The position numbers were made by a program, and so were the translations under genes. This document shows, piece after piece, positions 47,156 through 56,732 of a stretch of 64,000 nucleotides of DNA. The DNA is taken from contig OY970164.1 of NCBI GenBank assembly GCA_963706555.1, positions 4,966,816 to 5,030,815 of the forward strand, read 5' to 3'. Source of the stretch: an uncultured Acidimicrobiaceae bacterium (lineage in GTDB: Bacteria; Actinomycetota; Acidimicrobiia; Acidimicrobiales; RAAP-2). How positions within the stretch are numbered: the first letter of the stretch is position 1; each line of letters starts with the position of its first letter. The notes beneath the pieces are model-generated. The model was not told the DNA's origin and searched no databases. It saw only the letters and a list, made by a program, of their open reading frames with translations.

Positions 47156-47316
47156 CGCGACGTAGACCCTCAGGGGCCGCCCTGGGTGGCGGCGACGGAA
47201 GCTGTATGTGGGTTTGGACCCCTACGGCAACGGGTAGCACTTGATCGCCCAGGGGCTTATAGGTGCACCCAACTGGGTTGCAGTGGCCGAGGGGCGCCAA
47301 TCCTGGCCATTGCAGT

Positions 47317-47358
47317 CAAGTACGCCCTTTGCCTACCACAAGGCAAAGGGCGTACTTG
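47317..47358. terminator. 17-18-bp perfect stem hairpin between convergent genes
   Basis: caagtacgccctttgcc(t) pairs with (a)ggcaaagggcgtacttg across a 6-8-nt loop. Confidence 0.6.
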
Positions 47359-47468
47359 CGTCTCGACAGCTATGCACGGATCCATGGCATCCCGGTTCGG
47401 GCACGGTGCGAGGCCAGCAATGGCCTTTACTCCTTCAGGCACCCCCGACAAAGTCTGCCCCGCCGGCG

Positions 47469-47798
47469 CTAACCCACGTCCCACTTGGGATCCCACTCCC
47501 TCACCCAGTCGCCAAGTCCGACGACCTCGAGCGTACGTTGCACGAATGGGTGGGGCCGGGTGAGGATCAAGTCGTCACCTTGGGCCCTCATCTGTTTCTT
47601 GGCGATGACGAGAGCGGAAATGCCAGAACTGTCGAGGAAAGTCAGTTCGGATAGATCGGCCACGACGGTGGAACCGGCGATCTCCATGAGCCAATCGGAG
47701 AGTCCATCCGAGGCCGCCATGTCGAGCTCGCCCCGAAGGACCACCACATGCACATCGCCGACCTGGTTCGCTTCTCGAAAAAAGCCCTCTTGTGGCAC
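47469..47798 (-). CDS. STAS-domain anti-sigma-factor antagonist
   Basis: VVVLRGELDMAASDGLSDWL..LSELTFLDSSGISALVIAKKQMRAQGDDLILT..QRTLEVVGL. Confidence 0.85.
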   Translation of the reverse strand: MPQEGFFREANQVGDVHVVVLRGELDMAASDGLSDWLMEIAGSTVVADLSELTFLDSSGISALVIAKKQMRAQGDDLILTRPHPFVQRTLEVVGLGDWVREWDPKWDVG

Positions 47799-47910
47799 TG
47801 TTCAGTTCCTTGCGCTGACGGGTTCACACCGGGCCACGCTGTTGGACCCGGTCGCTGGGCGGACTCAAGAATATCCTGCGTTCGCACGCTGGTCGACGGC
47901 TGTATGGCCC

Positions 47911-48402
47911 TCAGAAAGAACGGTCCCATGGTCCGGCGATCGCCAGGACGTGGCGCCCCGAGTCGAGAACCACCTGGTCCAATTGGTCGCTGTGACACCG
48001 GCATGCCGTGAGATAGGTCCAACCGGTGGCCTCGAGGCGAAACCAAACTTGCTTCCCGTTCTGAAGGACATTGGTCCCCCAATCGGTAGCGAGCGCGTCG
48101 ACGATGGTCATTCCACGTTTCCCTGGGACGGTCGGGTCACCGGGGGAGAAGACTTGTGGCATTGCGTCGGGATTCCCGTCGGTCACTCCCACTTCAAGGT
48201 ATCCATCGGCGATTGCCGCGGTAACAGAGGGCCCGGTGTGGGCATGCCGAATGGCATTGGTCACGAGTTCGCTCGTGAGGAGACTTGCTGGCTCCGAGAG
48301 CCAAGGAATTTCCCAGTGATCGAGTAAGCCGGCTATCCAGGCGCGTGCGGCTGAGGGAGTCGAGGCTCCTGCCTCGAAGTCCACCCTCGCTATTCGGCAC
48401 AT
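47911..48402 (-). CDS. anti-sigma regulatory factor / Ser-Thr kinase (RsbW/SpoIIAB-like, HATPase_c_2)
   Basis: AARAWIAGLL..LLTSELVTNAIRHA..LEVGVTDGNP..GKRGMTIVDALATDWG..GKQVWFRLE. Confidence 0.8.
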   Translation of the reverse strand: MCRIARVDFEAGASTPSAARAWIAGLLDHWEIPWLSEPASLLTSELVTNAIRHAHTGPSVTAAIADGYLEVGVTDGNPDAMPQVFSPGDPTVPGKRGMTIVDALATDWGTNVLQNGKQVWFRLEATGWTYLTACRCHSDQLDQVVLDSGRHVLAIAGPWDRSF

Positions 48403-48584
48403 GGCTCTCTCCGCTCCTCGGCCCGCGTCAATTTGGGTTTGACTGCATCGGTCCCCCCTATCGACCCGCCGACGAGGCGATCGCAGAGGCCCGGAAATAC
48501 GGTCTTTCCTATGACGCCATCGCCAAGCGGCTGGGTGTCAGCCGGGAGCGCGTCCGACAGATGGCACTGAAGGGTGGTGCGTGA
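48285..48584 (+). CDS. possible small HTH protein (sigma region-4-like C-terminus)
   Basis: C-terminus ADEAIAEARKYGLSYDAIAKRLGVSRERVRQMALKGGA. The only canonical start (48285) overlaps the opposite-strand kinase gene, so the 5' end is doubtful. Confidence 0.3.
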   Translation: MLAPRAKEFPSDRVSRLSRRVRLRESRLLPRSPPSLFGTWLSPLLGPRQFGFDCIGPPYRPADEAIAEARKYGLSYDAIAKRLGVSRERVRQMALKGGA

Positions 48585-48718
48585 TGGGCAAGGTGAAGCA
48601 GGTCACATCGGTCAAGGTTGAGAACAAGTGCCAGTACGCAAAGGTCACGCTGGACACGGGCTACACCATCTTCGTGCCGAACGATCACCCACTCGCCACC
48701 GTTGGAACGACGGTCTAG
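48584..48718 (+). CDS. possible 44-aa ORF coupled to the HTH ORF
   Basis: ATGA stop/start overlap at 48582-48586. MGKVKQVTSVKVENKCQYAKVTLDTGYTIFVPNDHPLATVGTTV*. Confidence 0.25.
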   Translation: MGKVKQVTSVKVENKCQYAKVTLDTGYTIFVPNDHPLATVGTTV

Positions 48719-49644
48719 CCATCCGATGCCCCGCCCCAAGTCCCTCCGCTCCCAGCTCTACCGAGCCGCTCGAGAACGCTACCGATCTCGGCGCCGGGTA
48801 CGCAAGGAGCTCTCGGGTAAACCAGCCCCGCGCGGTCGATCTCCTAAGCGGGGCGGCGGCTACTCAGACAGGCGGCGCACACCCATCCATTGAGAAAGCG
48901 CCAGCCAGATTCAAGGGCTGCGCCCTCGGTTTCGGCGGGCAAGGCAAATGGGGAGTACTCCCCCGGGCCGCTACGCATGCAGACCTTGCAGGCCACCAAA
49001 CCGGAGAGGGCGTACATGCCTCTCGACTACCCGAGTCGGTGCATTGCCAATCCACAGATTTATCCCCACGATGTCCCCAGGTCCCCCGAGCACCGACCCG
49101 CAACCCGTTGTGATGGTCGGCCAAGCGAGGGCCGGTCAGGCGGCCGCCCGACGCGGGACAAGTCCCCACTGGGTCGCCGTTCAGGAAGCTTATTAGCGTC
49201 TCAAGACCCGAAGAACCTCACCACTCCCCCAATGTCCGCAGTTCGACACAGGCGGCACAGCCACTTACAGGCGCTAGATGAGGGACTCTGCCGTGCAGCA
49301 AGACCCGGGCGCCGCCGCCGTCTGGCGCGGGGAGGACGCTTGCGTAGCCGATAAGTCCGCCGTCCGTCTTGCCGCCCTTGCGGTAAAGCGGGATGCCGCC
49401 ATTCTCGGGGGCCCATGCCCCTTGGGCTGCCATGACGATTTCCACTTCCTCTAAGCCTCGATCCACCGAAATTCCCAGCGTGGTTGGGCTGGGCTTGCGA
49501 TTTCGCCCGGCTGAGTGACGACTCATGAGTTCGTTCGTGAGGGCAACGACCGACGGGCGTGCTGAAGCAAGCCCTCATGTGATGCAGGTCTGATGTCGGC
49601 GCCTGATGCCGTCGTCTGCGGTGCGCCGGCCGCGGGGATTGATC

Positions 49645-50980
49645 TCAGAGAGGAACCGGGGGCAAGTTCCGCAAGCGCTCGAGCGCATGGGTGAACGCCT
49701 GAGCCCAGGGCCATGCAATCGGGCCACGCAGGGTTGGGACACCCGAACGGCTGACGAGGCGTCCCGGGACCGAGAAGAACCGGGTGCGCACAGTGCGCGC
49801 CACGGTGAACTGGTCGGCGGGGGTGAGTTCGCCGAGCATGTCGCTCCAGCGGATGAGGTCATGGGCCAATGCGGCGCAGAGCAGCCAGGCCGCGTTGGCG
49901 AAGAACTGCCCGGAGGGCACGTGCTCGAGACCCGCCCCTTCTTTGAGGTCCCGAATGGCCAACTCGACGCAGGCGTGGGCGCGGTGAAAGGCGTCAACGT
50001 CGACGACGTCTCCCTCGAGATCGGTCAAAAAGGCGAAGTGGCGCCACTCGGGCCACAGTGTCGCTTGGCGTCCGACGAGGCGGGTGCGGCGCACAATGAG
50101 GCGTCGTCCCTTGTACGCGCACTCGGCTACTTCAGCCTGGCCGTCTTTGCTGTATTCGATCGGGGTCCAGGCCGATTCGTCGATGGCGGCAACCACCTTG
50201 ACCACGGACTTCACCATGCGCACCCCCATCGTGTAGCCGACGTCGAGCCGTTCGAGGGTGGCGATGGTGGTGTTGGACCAAAAGCCCGAATCAAAACGCA
50301 TGATCAGCTCGCCCGTGGCGCCGGCCCGACGCACCCGGGCGACGAGTTCTTCGACGAAACGGCCCGCACCGCGCTGGGTGTTGGCCGCGCCCTTGCGCAG
50401 GCGGGCGTGGAGCACCTCTCCGGTGCCGGCCCGAGTGGCCAACAAAGGGTGATAGCCGAGCTTCTTGGAGTAGCCGTAGCCGGCACCACCTTTGGCCTTG
50501 CCGCATACCTCGCAGATGGTCGAGTCGACGTCGATGACGAGCTGGTCCGATCCCGGTCCGGCCCCCAATGGCCCAGGCCCGGCGCAGCACCTCGCCGAGC
50601 ACGGCGTCGAGTTGTCGGACGTGACCGAAGGTGAAGGCGCGCAGAAACGTTCCGAGGGTGGACGGCGCCATGACCCGGTGCCCCAGCACTGCCGACGTCG
50701 CCCCCGAACGCAATATGTCAGCGTGGTCGATGTGGCTCGCACCGGCCACCATGGCGTGGACCAAGGTGAGCACTTTGCGTCCCGGATTGGCGCCGCCGAC
50801 TCGTCCCGACACGCGCACCGTGGCGTTGATCAGGCGCTCGAGACCGAGGCGACAAACCAATGTCGCCACCAGCAACAGACCGGCATTGGCCACCAGATTG
50901 GGCTCGTCGAAGGTCACGGCGATCCGGTCGATTCCGCGCGATACTGGCCTCACAGAAAGTGCCTCCTGGTGCTGGGACAA
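49645..50980 (-). pseudogene. IS1380-family transposase with one frameshift
   Basis: N-terminus MSQHQEALSVRPVSRGIDRIAVTFDEPNLVANAGLLLVATL..STLGTFLRAFTFGHVRQLD (ORF 50291..50980). C-terminus LVIDVDSTICEVCGKAKGGAGYGYSKKLGYHPLLA..DSGFWS..HACVELAIRDLKEGAGLEHVPSG (ORF 49645..50742). The shift is near the G-run at about 50575. Confidence 0.85.
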
Positions 50981-51149
50981 CAGCGACTTCGAACACCGCT
51001 ATTTTCCCAAGCAGGGAGGCACTTTCCGCGGATACGCGGCCTCTATTACGCTACCTCATCGGTGGTTCGAGGCTAAGAAAGTGCGTGTGACTTGCACGAG
51101 CGTGAGCACTGACATTTAAGTCCCCGCTTCGACGCACGGGGTCGCCTTG

Positions 51150-51941
51150 CTACTTACATGTATTCGCCGTCCGGACGATCAGCGCAGCGAGCGCCCGTTC
51201 TCCGGTGGCGTTGAGGTGCAGCCCGTCCTTGATGAACCAAGAGCCAGTCTCAGCAGATGGAAGGTGATGTGGCCATGAGAATACTCCCCAGTCAGCAATC
51301 ACCACAGAGTGACCATGTGCAGTCGAAGCTTGTTTCAAGAGTTCATCTCGGATGATCCCTGCCTGTTCGGAATAAATCGATTCCGCGCTGGAAGTCGTTG
51401 GCGAGTAGAAGCTGGGGGTTGGGGTCACAAGCACCACGCACCGAGACTCAGAACTGCCAAGCTTGACGACGTTGCTGATATTGGTCTCGGTACCCGTGAT
51501 TCGTGGCGCCAGCGTGACGAGACTGTCACTGGCGAACACGAGTGAATTCCGGAGTGCATCGTTGGTTCCAAGTTCGATGGCGATCACCGAGGGCCGTGTT
51601 CTTGCTGCGGCAATCACCCGCTTTGCCGCCCAGTTGCCTTGGACGATGTTCAGCGGCCAGTTCCCGTGAGCGTTTTGACCCTCACCCCACCCTGCGCCAG
51701 CTTGAGACGTGATCGACCACGTAACGTCGGGCGGTCCGTTGAAGTCTGGATCATGCAGATCTTCGGCCAGGTGCAGCGCAATGCTGTCACCAATCAATGC
51801 GATGGTCGAATGAGCGGAATGACCGTTTGTCACAGCTTCAGCTTGGAAGGCGCAGGTCGCCAGCAGCACGGCAACCAGAGCGACTCCTGCGACTGCCCCA
51901 CGTCTGCGTGCTCTCATACGCTCCAAGGTTCTGAGCACCAA
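51150..51941 (-). CDS. secreted SGNH/GDSL-family hydrolase
   Basis: Signal-like N-terminus RRRGAVAGVALVAVLLATCAF. Block I IALIGDSIA, ELGTNDAL, and block V KDGLHLNATG. Confidence 0.75.
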   Translation of the reverse strand: MVLRTLERMRARRRGAVAGVALVAVLLATCAFQAEAVTNGHSAHSTIALIGDSIALHLAEDLHDPDFNGPPDVTWSITSQAGAGWGEGQNAHGNWPLNIVQGNWAAKRVIAAARTRPSVIAIELGTNDALRNSLVFASDSLVTLAPRITGTETNISNVVKLGSSESRCVVLVTPTPSFYSPTTSSAESIYSEQAGIIRDELLKQASTAHGHSVVIADWGVFSWPHHLPSAETGSWFIKDGLHLNATGERALAALIVRTANTCK

Positions 51942-52121
51942 TGAAGGATAGTGCCAATCCCGGCAGTCGGACTGGTCGGGGTCGGGCCAGTGGGAACGGA
52001 TCGGATCGTGAATGACCGGGGGGAAGGGTCACCTTGCCAGGCCACTAGCGGACACCGCGGGAGGCTCCAACTCGTGTTCGATATGGGCGTCGAAGAATGC
52101 AGTGTGTTGGGGTTTGAGTCG

Positions 52122-52463
52122 CTACGGACGCCGCCCCAGGGGGCGACCTCGGGGCCGGCGGAGTACGCCTGCTTTTTGCAGTGACACAATCACCTCTTCG
52201 GTCGTCCGGCCGATGACGGCGGCCGCAGCTTCAAGGTCGTCGTGGCGAAGGGCGAAGTAGGGGCCCGATCGGCTGCTCCGACGGAGCCGGATCGAATCCA
52301 CCAACAGAGCCACCATCTCAGCGTCCCGGCCTTGGGCCTCACCAAGCTGGGCCAGATCGATATGGACGTGCGGTCCGACTGCGCGTTTGCGGCCCTTACG
52401 ACCAGATCGGAAAGTTCGCGACCGTCGATGGTGCTCGGGGCAACCGTAGGCGTACACCGGCAC
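52122..52463 (-). CDS. hypothetical protein (Cys/His-rich N-terminus)
   Basis: 113 aa with a GTG start and good third-position GC. YAYGCPEHH..HIDLAQLGEAQGRDAEMVALLVDSIRL..AAAVIGRTTEEVIVSLQKAGVL. Confidence 0.4.
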   Translation of the reverse strand: MPVYAYGCPEHHRRSRTFRSGRKGRKRAVGPHVHIDLAQLGEAQGRDAEMVALLVDSIRLRRSSRSGPYFALRHDDLEAAAAVIGRTTEEVIVSLQKAGVLRRPRGRPLGRRP

Positions 52464-52680
52464 GACGTGGCGGGTGCCACAGATCCGACCGGGGATGACG
52501 TAATCACATGTGACCCCGGCAATAGGAGTTGGGGAAACGTTGATATTGCGTAGACGGGAAAGTGTGCTGCATCACACACTCTGCAGATAAGGGGGCATGC
52601 AACCGCTGGTGCCTCATCGGCAACGCAGCGGGCAGCACCGAGTACGGGCGCTATCCCCTTTACCCGAAAGGCAGAAAGAG

Positions 52681-53127
52681 ATGATAGAGCGGTATCGGGA
52701 AATCAATCGGCAAAAAGCAGCTGGCGAACGAGAAGACGGGTTTACCCTTATCGAGCTCCTCATTGTCATCGTCGTTCTCGGTATTTTGGCCGCGGTCGTC
52801 GTCTTCGCGCTGGGTTCTGTGACTGGTTCCAGTGCACAGTCTGCATGCACGGCTGACGCCAAGACGGTCGAAACGGCCATCGCGGCATTTGAGGCGCAGA
52901 ACCCGGGAACGGCAGTCACGCAAGCCGCCCTGACCGCCGCCTCCACTGCCAACCCTCCAGGAACCCTGAAGAGCTGGCCCTCCAACCCGCAGCACTACAT
53001 CATCGGCCTCGGGCAAGTTGGTGGTTCGCCGTCCGATGAAGTCGATATTGCGCTAGCGGCGACACCAACCGTCTGGGTTACCTACGACGGCGAAGCGACC
53101 AACGCTGGCTGCAACGCAGTGACGTAA
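52681..53127 (+). CDS. type IV pilin-like protein (prepilin N-terminal cleavage/methylation domain)
   Basis: ATG at 52681. The leader ends ..EREDG, followed by FTLIELLIVIVVLGILAAVVVFAL, the class III signal. Two Cys (SACTAD.., ..AGCNAVT). Confidence 0.8.
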   Translation: MIERYREINRQKAAGEREDGFTLIELLIVIVVLGILAAVVVFALGSVTGSSAQSACTADAKTVETAIAAFEAQNPGTAVTQAALTAASTANPPGTLKSWPSNPQHYIIGLGQVGGSPSDEVDIALAATPTVWVTYDGEATNAGCNAVT

Positions 53128-53255
53128 GGCCATCACAGGACCGTGGCCCCATGACGGATGAAGAGCGGATCCGTGGCAGAGGCATCGGTGGATCGCATGC
53201 CCCCACCTAGGGGCCGCCTTCCCATGCGTCGTGCAGATCGATATGTTCGAGCTCT

Positions 53256-53390
53256 GTGGACGACTCCCATCGGTGCCCCGAATGCGGGAACGCTGAGACC
53301 GAGTGGGCGATTGCTCTCCCGAATGTGCGGGTTTGTCGGAAGTGCAACTTGTCTTGGCTGGTGACCGATGACGAAGGCCCTAAAACTTGA
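53256..53390 (+). CDS. 44-aa zinc-ribbon protein (type 2), paralog of 30369..30509
   Basis: Not in the track. GTG at 53256: VDDSHRCPECGNAETEWAIALPNVRVCRKCNLSWLVTDDEGPKT*. Confidence 0.35.
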   Translation: MDDSHRCPECGNAETEWAIALPNVRVCRKCNLSWLVTDDEGPKT

Positions 53391-53482
53391 ATGTCCGCAG
53401 GCGTCGGTCCTTTCTCAGCCGTCTGGACGTTGCCGCCGTCACCAACGGCAGGGCTGAGAGAAGAGCGATTAAGAACGGACCA

Positions 53483-53839
53483 TCAGGTTCCCGCTAGCCC
53501 CCGTTCGTGCCGTTCGCAGATGCTCACGATCCGAAGGTAGGGACCTCGGTGGTCGTCTCGGATACCGATGATGGCGACGTTGAACGCCAACGCGCCGCAG
53601 GGGACGTCCTCACCCAAGCCACAGGTGCGCGTCAGTTCTTGAGGCATCCCGTCAGGGTGGCCGTCCGTTGCGGCAGCTATCACGGCGCGGGCGTCGTGGT
53701 CACAGAGCCACCAGATGCCATTCTCCTCCGGCGTGCGAACCGCGAACCCTGCCACGGCTTGATTACCGCACCCGGCGACGCTGCACGTGTCATTCATGGC
53801 GACCACGCCGAATACCTGGTACTGGGGACTATCCACCAT
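53483..53839 (-). CDS. Cys-rich hypothetical protein
   Basis: MVDSPQYQVFGVVAMNDTCSVAGCGNQAV..WWLCDHDA..TCGLGEDVPCGALAF..YLRIVSICERHERG. The C-terminal C..C..C..H spacing recalls the 3541/30663 family. Confidence 0.45.
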   Translation of the reverse strand: MVDSPQYQVFGVVAMNDTCSVAGCGNQAVAGFAVRTPEENGIWWLCDHDARAVIAAATDGHPDGMPQELTRTCGLGEDVPCGALAFNVAIIGIRDDHRGPYLRIVSICERHERGLAGT

Positions 53840-54075
53840 CGCCCATTCTCCACGAGTTGCGACCCGTGGTCTTCGCCCATTCCTCGATCGCATGACGTGA
53901 CCACGCCCGGCCACTCGGCCGCCCCTCGACCTCGGCTGGTCTCGCCAAAATTGACCCTTGATTGGTCCCCGAGTCCGCGGGTGTGACTCGTTTGCCTGGG
54001 CGATGGAGACGAGCCATTCGGGTCGGTCGGGTCGTCAAGAAGCGGCGGTCACGACCCCGGTCAGCCCAGGGCCAC

Positions 54076-54240
54076 CTAATTCTCACTCGCCTTGGCCCGC
54101 AGCAGAACACACGCCGGACAGATCCATCCGTCCACGCTGAACAGCCACGCTCCAGTGGACGTCAGGGCTTCCTGTTCGTCTGCCGGGGCGGTTAGCTTTT
54201 CCGAGCCGACCCGACCTGGCCGGTAACACACTCTGCACAT
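54076..54240 (-). CDS. 54-aa zinc-ribbon protein (type 1), counterpart of 28408..28575
   Basis: From the ATG at 54240: MCRVCYRPGRVGSEKLTAPADEQEALTSTGAWLFSVDGWICPACVLLRAKASEN. Confidence 0.45.
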   Translation of the reverse strand: MCRVCYRPGRVGSEKLTAPADEQEALTSTGAWLFSVDGWICPACVLLRAKASEN

Positions 54241-54394
54241 GATCAGGCGAGGGCGAGCTGCCACAGTCGCGACGCTACTGGACTCAAGGAGGTCGGCCGA
54301 GTTCGGGCGTGGTCCGTTGGCTGTGGCCACCCTCGATGTGTTGGAACAAAGCTGAACTGGCGCGGGACAACGGCACACAGAACCTCGGCCTCGG

Positions 54395-54799
54395 CTAATC
54401 GAATAGTGCCCTCACTTGCGCATCGTCGCTGTGTTCGACGCACCAGGCTTCGAATCTCCCGAGCGCAGTCGGTCGATGGGCCCTGAGGTCTGCCAGGAGC
54501 CTGCGGATGGCGCTATACAAATCATCCTCTGGGGCGGTTACGGATTCCCCCACGATCGCGCGCCCGGTCGTCGTTGCCCATTGCTCAACTTCGAGACTCC
54601 TCCAGATTCGCCCTGCGGCGATGGTGGCTACGGGCTCAGGGAACGCCTTAGCTGCGGTCAGCTGGTCTACCCTTCGTCGGCTAATGCCGAGCATTTCTGC
54701 GATCTCCGTGATCCCAACGAAGTAGTCAACCATAATCCAAAGAGTACCCACCTCTTTCATTTCCTTCGAGGGAGGGGCTTCGAAACGACCTGCGGCCAC
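54395..54799 (-). CDS. excisionase/AlpA-type HTH protein fused to a C-terminal 'DYWNGI'-family domain
   Basis: ITEIAEMLGISRRRVDQLTAAKAFPEPVATIAAGRIWRSLEVEQWATTTGR (HTH_17-like), then ..AIRRLLADLRAHRPTALGRFEAWCVEHSDDAQVRALFD. Possible starts at 54799, 54760 or 54733. Confidence 0.65.
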   Translation of the reverse strand: MAAGRFEAPPSKEMKEVGTLWIMVDYFVGITEIAEMLGISRRRVDQLTAAKAFPEPVATIAAGRIWRSLEVEQWATTTGRAIVGESVTAPEDDLYSAIRRLLADLRAHRPTALGRFEAWCVEHSDDAQVRALFD

Positions 54800-54899
54800 T
54801 AGAAGTCCCCGAGGATTATGGCCCGTCGCCCTGGTCCATGCCGCTACCCGGTCCCAGTCGACCGCTCAGGACCACCCGGACGCATTCGACCACGTCGCC

Positions 54900-55400
54900 A
54901 TGGCCCTGGCCCTGGCCGGCTCACTATGCTTCTTCGTCCACGCCGTCACCGGCTTCACCAACAAGAGCCTTCGCGGGCAGGTGGCCGGACTCCTCGGCAC
55001 GGACTACACCTCTTCGCAGATGAGTTATGACCTGCGCCGCCTCCGCCTCCATGGATCGATCGAGCGGACGCACGGCACGAACTCCTTCACCGTGACGCCC
55101 GAGGTAATCCGCGTCGCCGTCTTCTACAACAAGCTCCACGGCCGATTGCTCAGGCCGCTTCTCGACGCCAACCAACCTCCAGCGCCGATTGAGCTCCGTC
55201 GCGCCCTTGGCACCATTGAGCACGACTCCATGACTACGTTGCCAACGCACGTCTCGGGACAGCTGCCTGAAACTTGTCACAAAATCCAGAGAGCTGGGTA
55301 CCAAGAAGATCTAGCGGCGCTCTGCTGCGCGCAGCGGGTCGAGGCTGGGGTAAGACTCCTCGGCAGGCTGCCACTAACAGCCTGTGATTGTTTCCCTTGA
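54900..55400 (+). CDS. conserved hypothetical protein fragment (winged-helix-like YDLRRLRLHG motif)
   Basis: ..FTNKSLRGQVAGLLGTDYTSSQMSYDLRRLRLHGSIERTHGTNSFTVT.. recalls a family often seen near mobile DNA. The frame is open upstream to 54726 without a start, so it may be truncated. Confidence 0.35.
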   Translation: MALALAGSLCFFVHAVTGFTNKSLRGQVAGLLGTDYTSSQMSYDLRRLRLHGSIERTHGTNSFTVTPEVIRVAVFYNKLHGRLLRPLLDANQPPAPIELRRALGTIEHDSMTTLPTHVSGQLPETCHKIQRAGYQEDLAALCCAQRVEAGVRLLGRLPLTACDCFP

Positions 55401-56148
55401 GGGCAAGACTGCCGTGGTGACCGGAGCCGGACGGGGCATCGGTCAGGCGGTCGCGGTTGAGCTGGCCGCGGCGGGGATGGCTGTGGCTTTGGTGGCGCGT
55501 TCGGAGGACCAGCTGGCCGACACCGCGCAACAGGTGAAACATCTCGGCGCCGTCGCGGTCGTCGTGCCTGCCGACCTCGCCGATCTGAGCCAGGTGACCG
55601 GGGCGATACATCTGGCCACCGATCAGTTGGGGACGATAGATGTTCTCATCAATGACGCCGCCGTGGTGGGGCCTCTCGGCCCGAGCGTATTGGTCGACCC
55701 GACCGAGTGGGCCCTCACCTTCAACGTCAATGTGGTGGCCGCCGCCGCGCTCAGCTTCGCGGTGCTGCTCGGCATGGTCGAGCGCGGCTGGGGGCGCATC
55801 GTCAACGTGTCCAGCGCGATCGCGGCGCATCCGGGGTCAATGGTCGGCATGAACGCCTACGCGGCGAGCAAGGCGGCCCTCGAAGCCCACACCGTCAATC
55901 TGGCGGCTGAGCTGGCCGGCAGCGGCGTGACGGTCAACGCCTTCCGGCCCGGCTCGGTCGACACGGCTATGCAGGCGGGGATACGGGGCCAGGACCCAAC
56001 GCGTATCGGTGCCACCCTGCACGAGTGGTTCGCCCGCTCCCATGCCGAGGGCGCCATGATCACCCCTGAACAGTCAGCCCGGTCCTTGATCCCGCATCTG
56101 TTCGCCGATGGCACCGGCGAGATCTGGGATGTGTCCAGCCCGAACTGA
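55384..56148 (+). CDS. SDR-family oxidoreductase
   Basis: GKTAVVTGAGRGIGQAVA, NDAAV, and the catalytic Y..K (YAASKAAL). GTG start. Confidence 0.85.
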   Translation: MIVSLEGKTAVVTGAGRGIGQAVAVELAAAGMAVALVARSEDQLADTAQQVKHLGAVAVVVPADLADLSQVTGAIHLATDQLGTIDVLINDAAVVGPLGPSVLVDPTEWALTFNVNVVAAAALSFAVLLGMVERGWGRIVNVSSAIAAHPGSMVGMNAYAASKAALEAHTVNLAAELAGSGVTVNAFRPGSVDTAMQAGIRGQDPTRIGATLHEWFARSHAEGAMITPEQSARSLIPHLFADGTGEIWDVSSPN

Positions 56149-56240
56149 TGACACCGCTAGCCGCTCTGCGGCAAACCCGGCTGATTGCCTTCGCCCGAAC
56201 CGATCCCTACAACGAGCTTCCTACGACAAGGAGATTCACC

Positions 56241-56732
56241 ATGGCACTGTTACATCCGGCTGAGAGGTTCCCTCAAGTCGTCGTCACCCCAACCGACGGG
56301 GGCGCCCTGGAGTTGCCCGACGCCCTCGTCGGCCACTTCGGGGTGGTCCTGTTCTATCGGGGCGCCTGGTGCCCGTACTGCAACGCCCAACTCCGGGCGT
56401 TCCAGCGAGCAGCCGACAGCCTGGCCGAGGTCGACGCCCGAGTCGTCGCCTTGTCGGTGGACGACGAGTCCACCACCCGTGAGCTGGTGGCCAAACTCGG
56501 CTTGACGTTCCCCGTCGGCCACAGCGCCGACGCCCGAGCGATCGCAGAGGCCACCGGGGCGTTCGTCAACCCCGACCCAATGTTCTTGCAGTCCACCGGG
56601 TTCGTGCTCGATCCGACCGGTCGGGTGGTGGTCAGCGTCTACTCCAGCGGGGCCATCGGCCGGCTGGTACCCGAGGACGTCATCGGCATGATCCGCTACA
56701 TCCGCGACCACGCCCAGGCGACCTCGGCATGA
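56241..56732 (+). CDS. AhpC/TSA-family peroxiredoxin-like protein
   Basis: RBS aaggag, then ATG at 56241. VVLFYRGAWCPYCNAQLRAFQ...VVALSVDD. Confidence 0.8.
   Translation: MALLHPAERFPQVVVTPTDGGALELPDALVGHFGVVLFYRGAWCPYCNAQLRAFQRAADSLAEVDARVVALSVDDESTTRELVAKLGLTFPVGHSADARAIAEATGAFVNPDPMFLQSTGFVLDPTGRVVVSVYSSGAIGRLVPEDVIGMIRYIRDHAQATSA

Noticed and set aside
49218-49526. 102-aa minus-strand ORF left of the IS1380 copy (..GIPLYRKGGKTDGGLIGYASVLPAPDGGGARVLLHGR..)
   Set aside because: Codon bias is acceptable in the middle, but there is no recognisable motif and no clear RBS. It could be a fragment of a gene disrupted by the IS.
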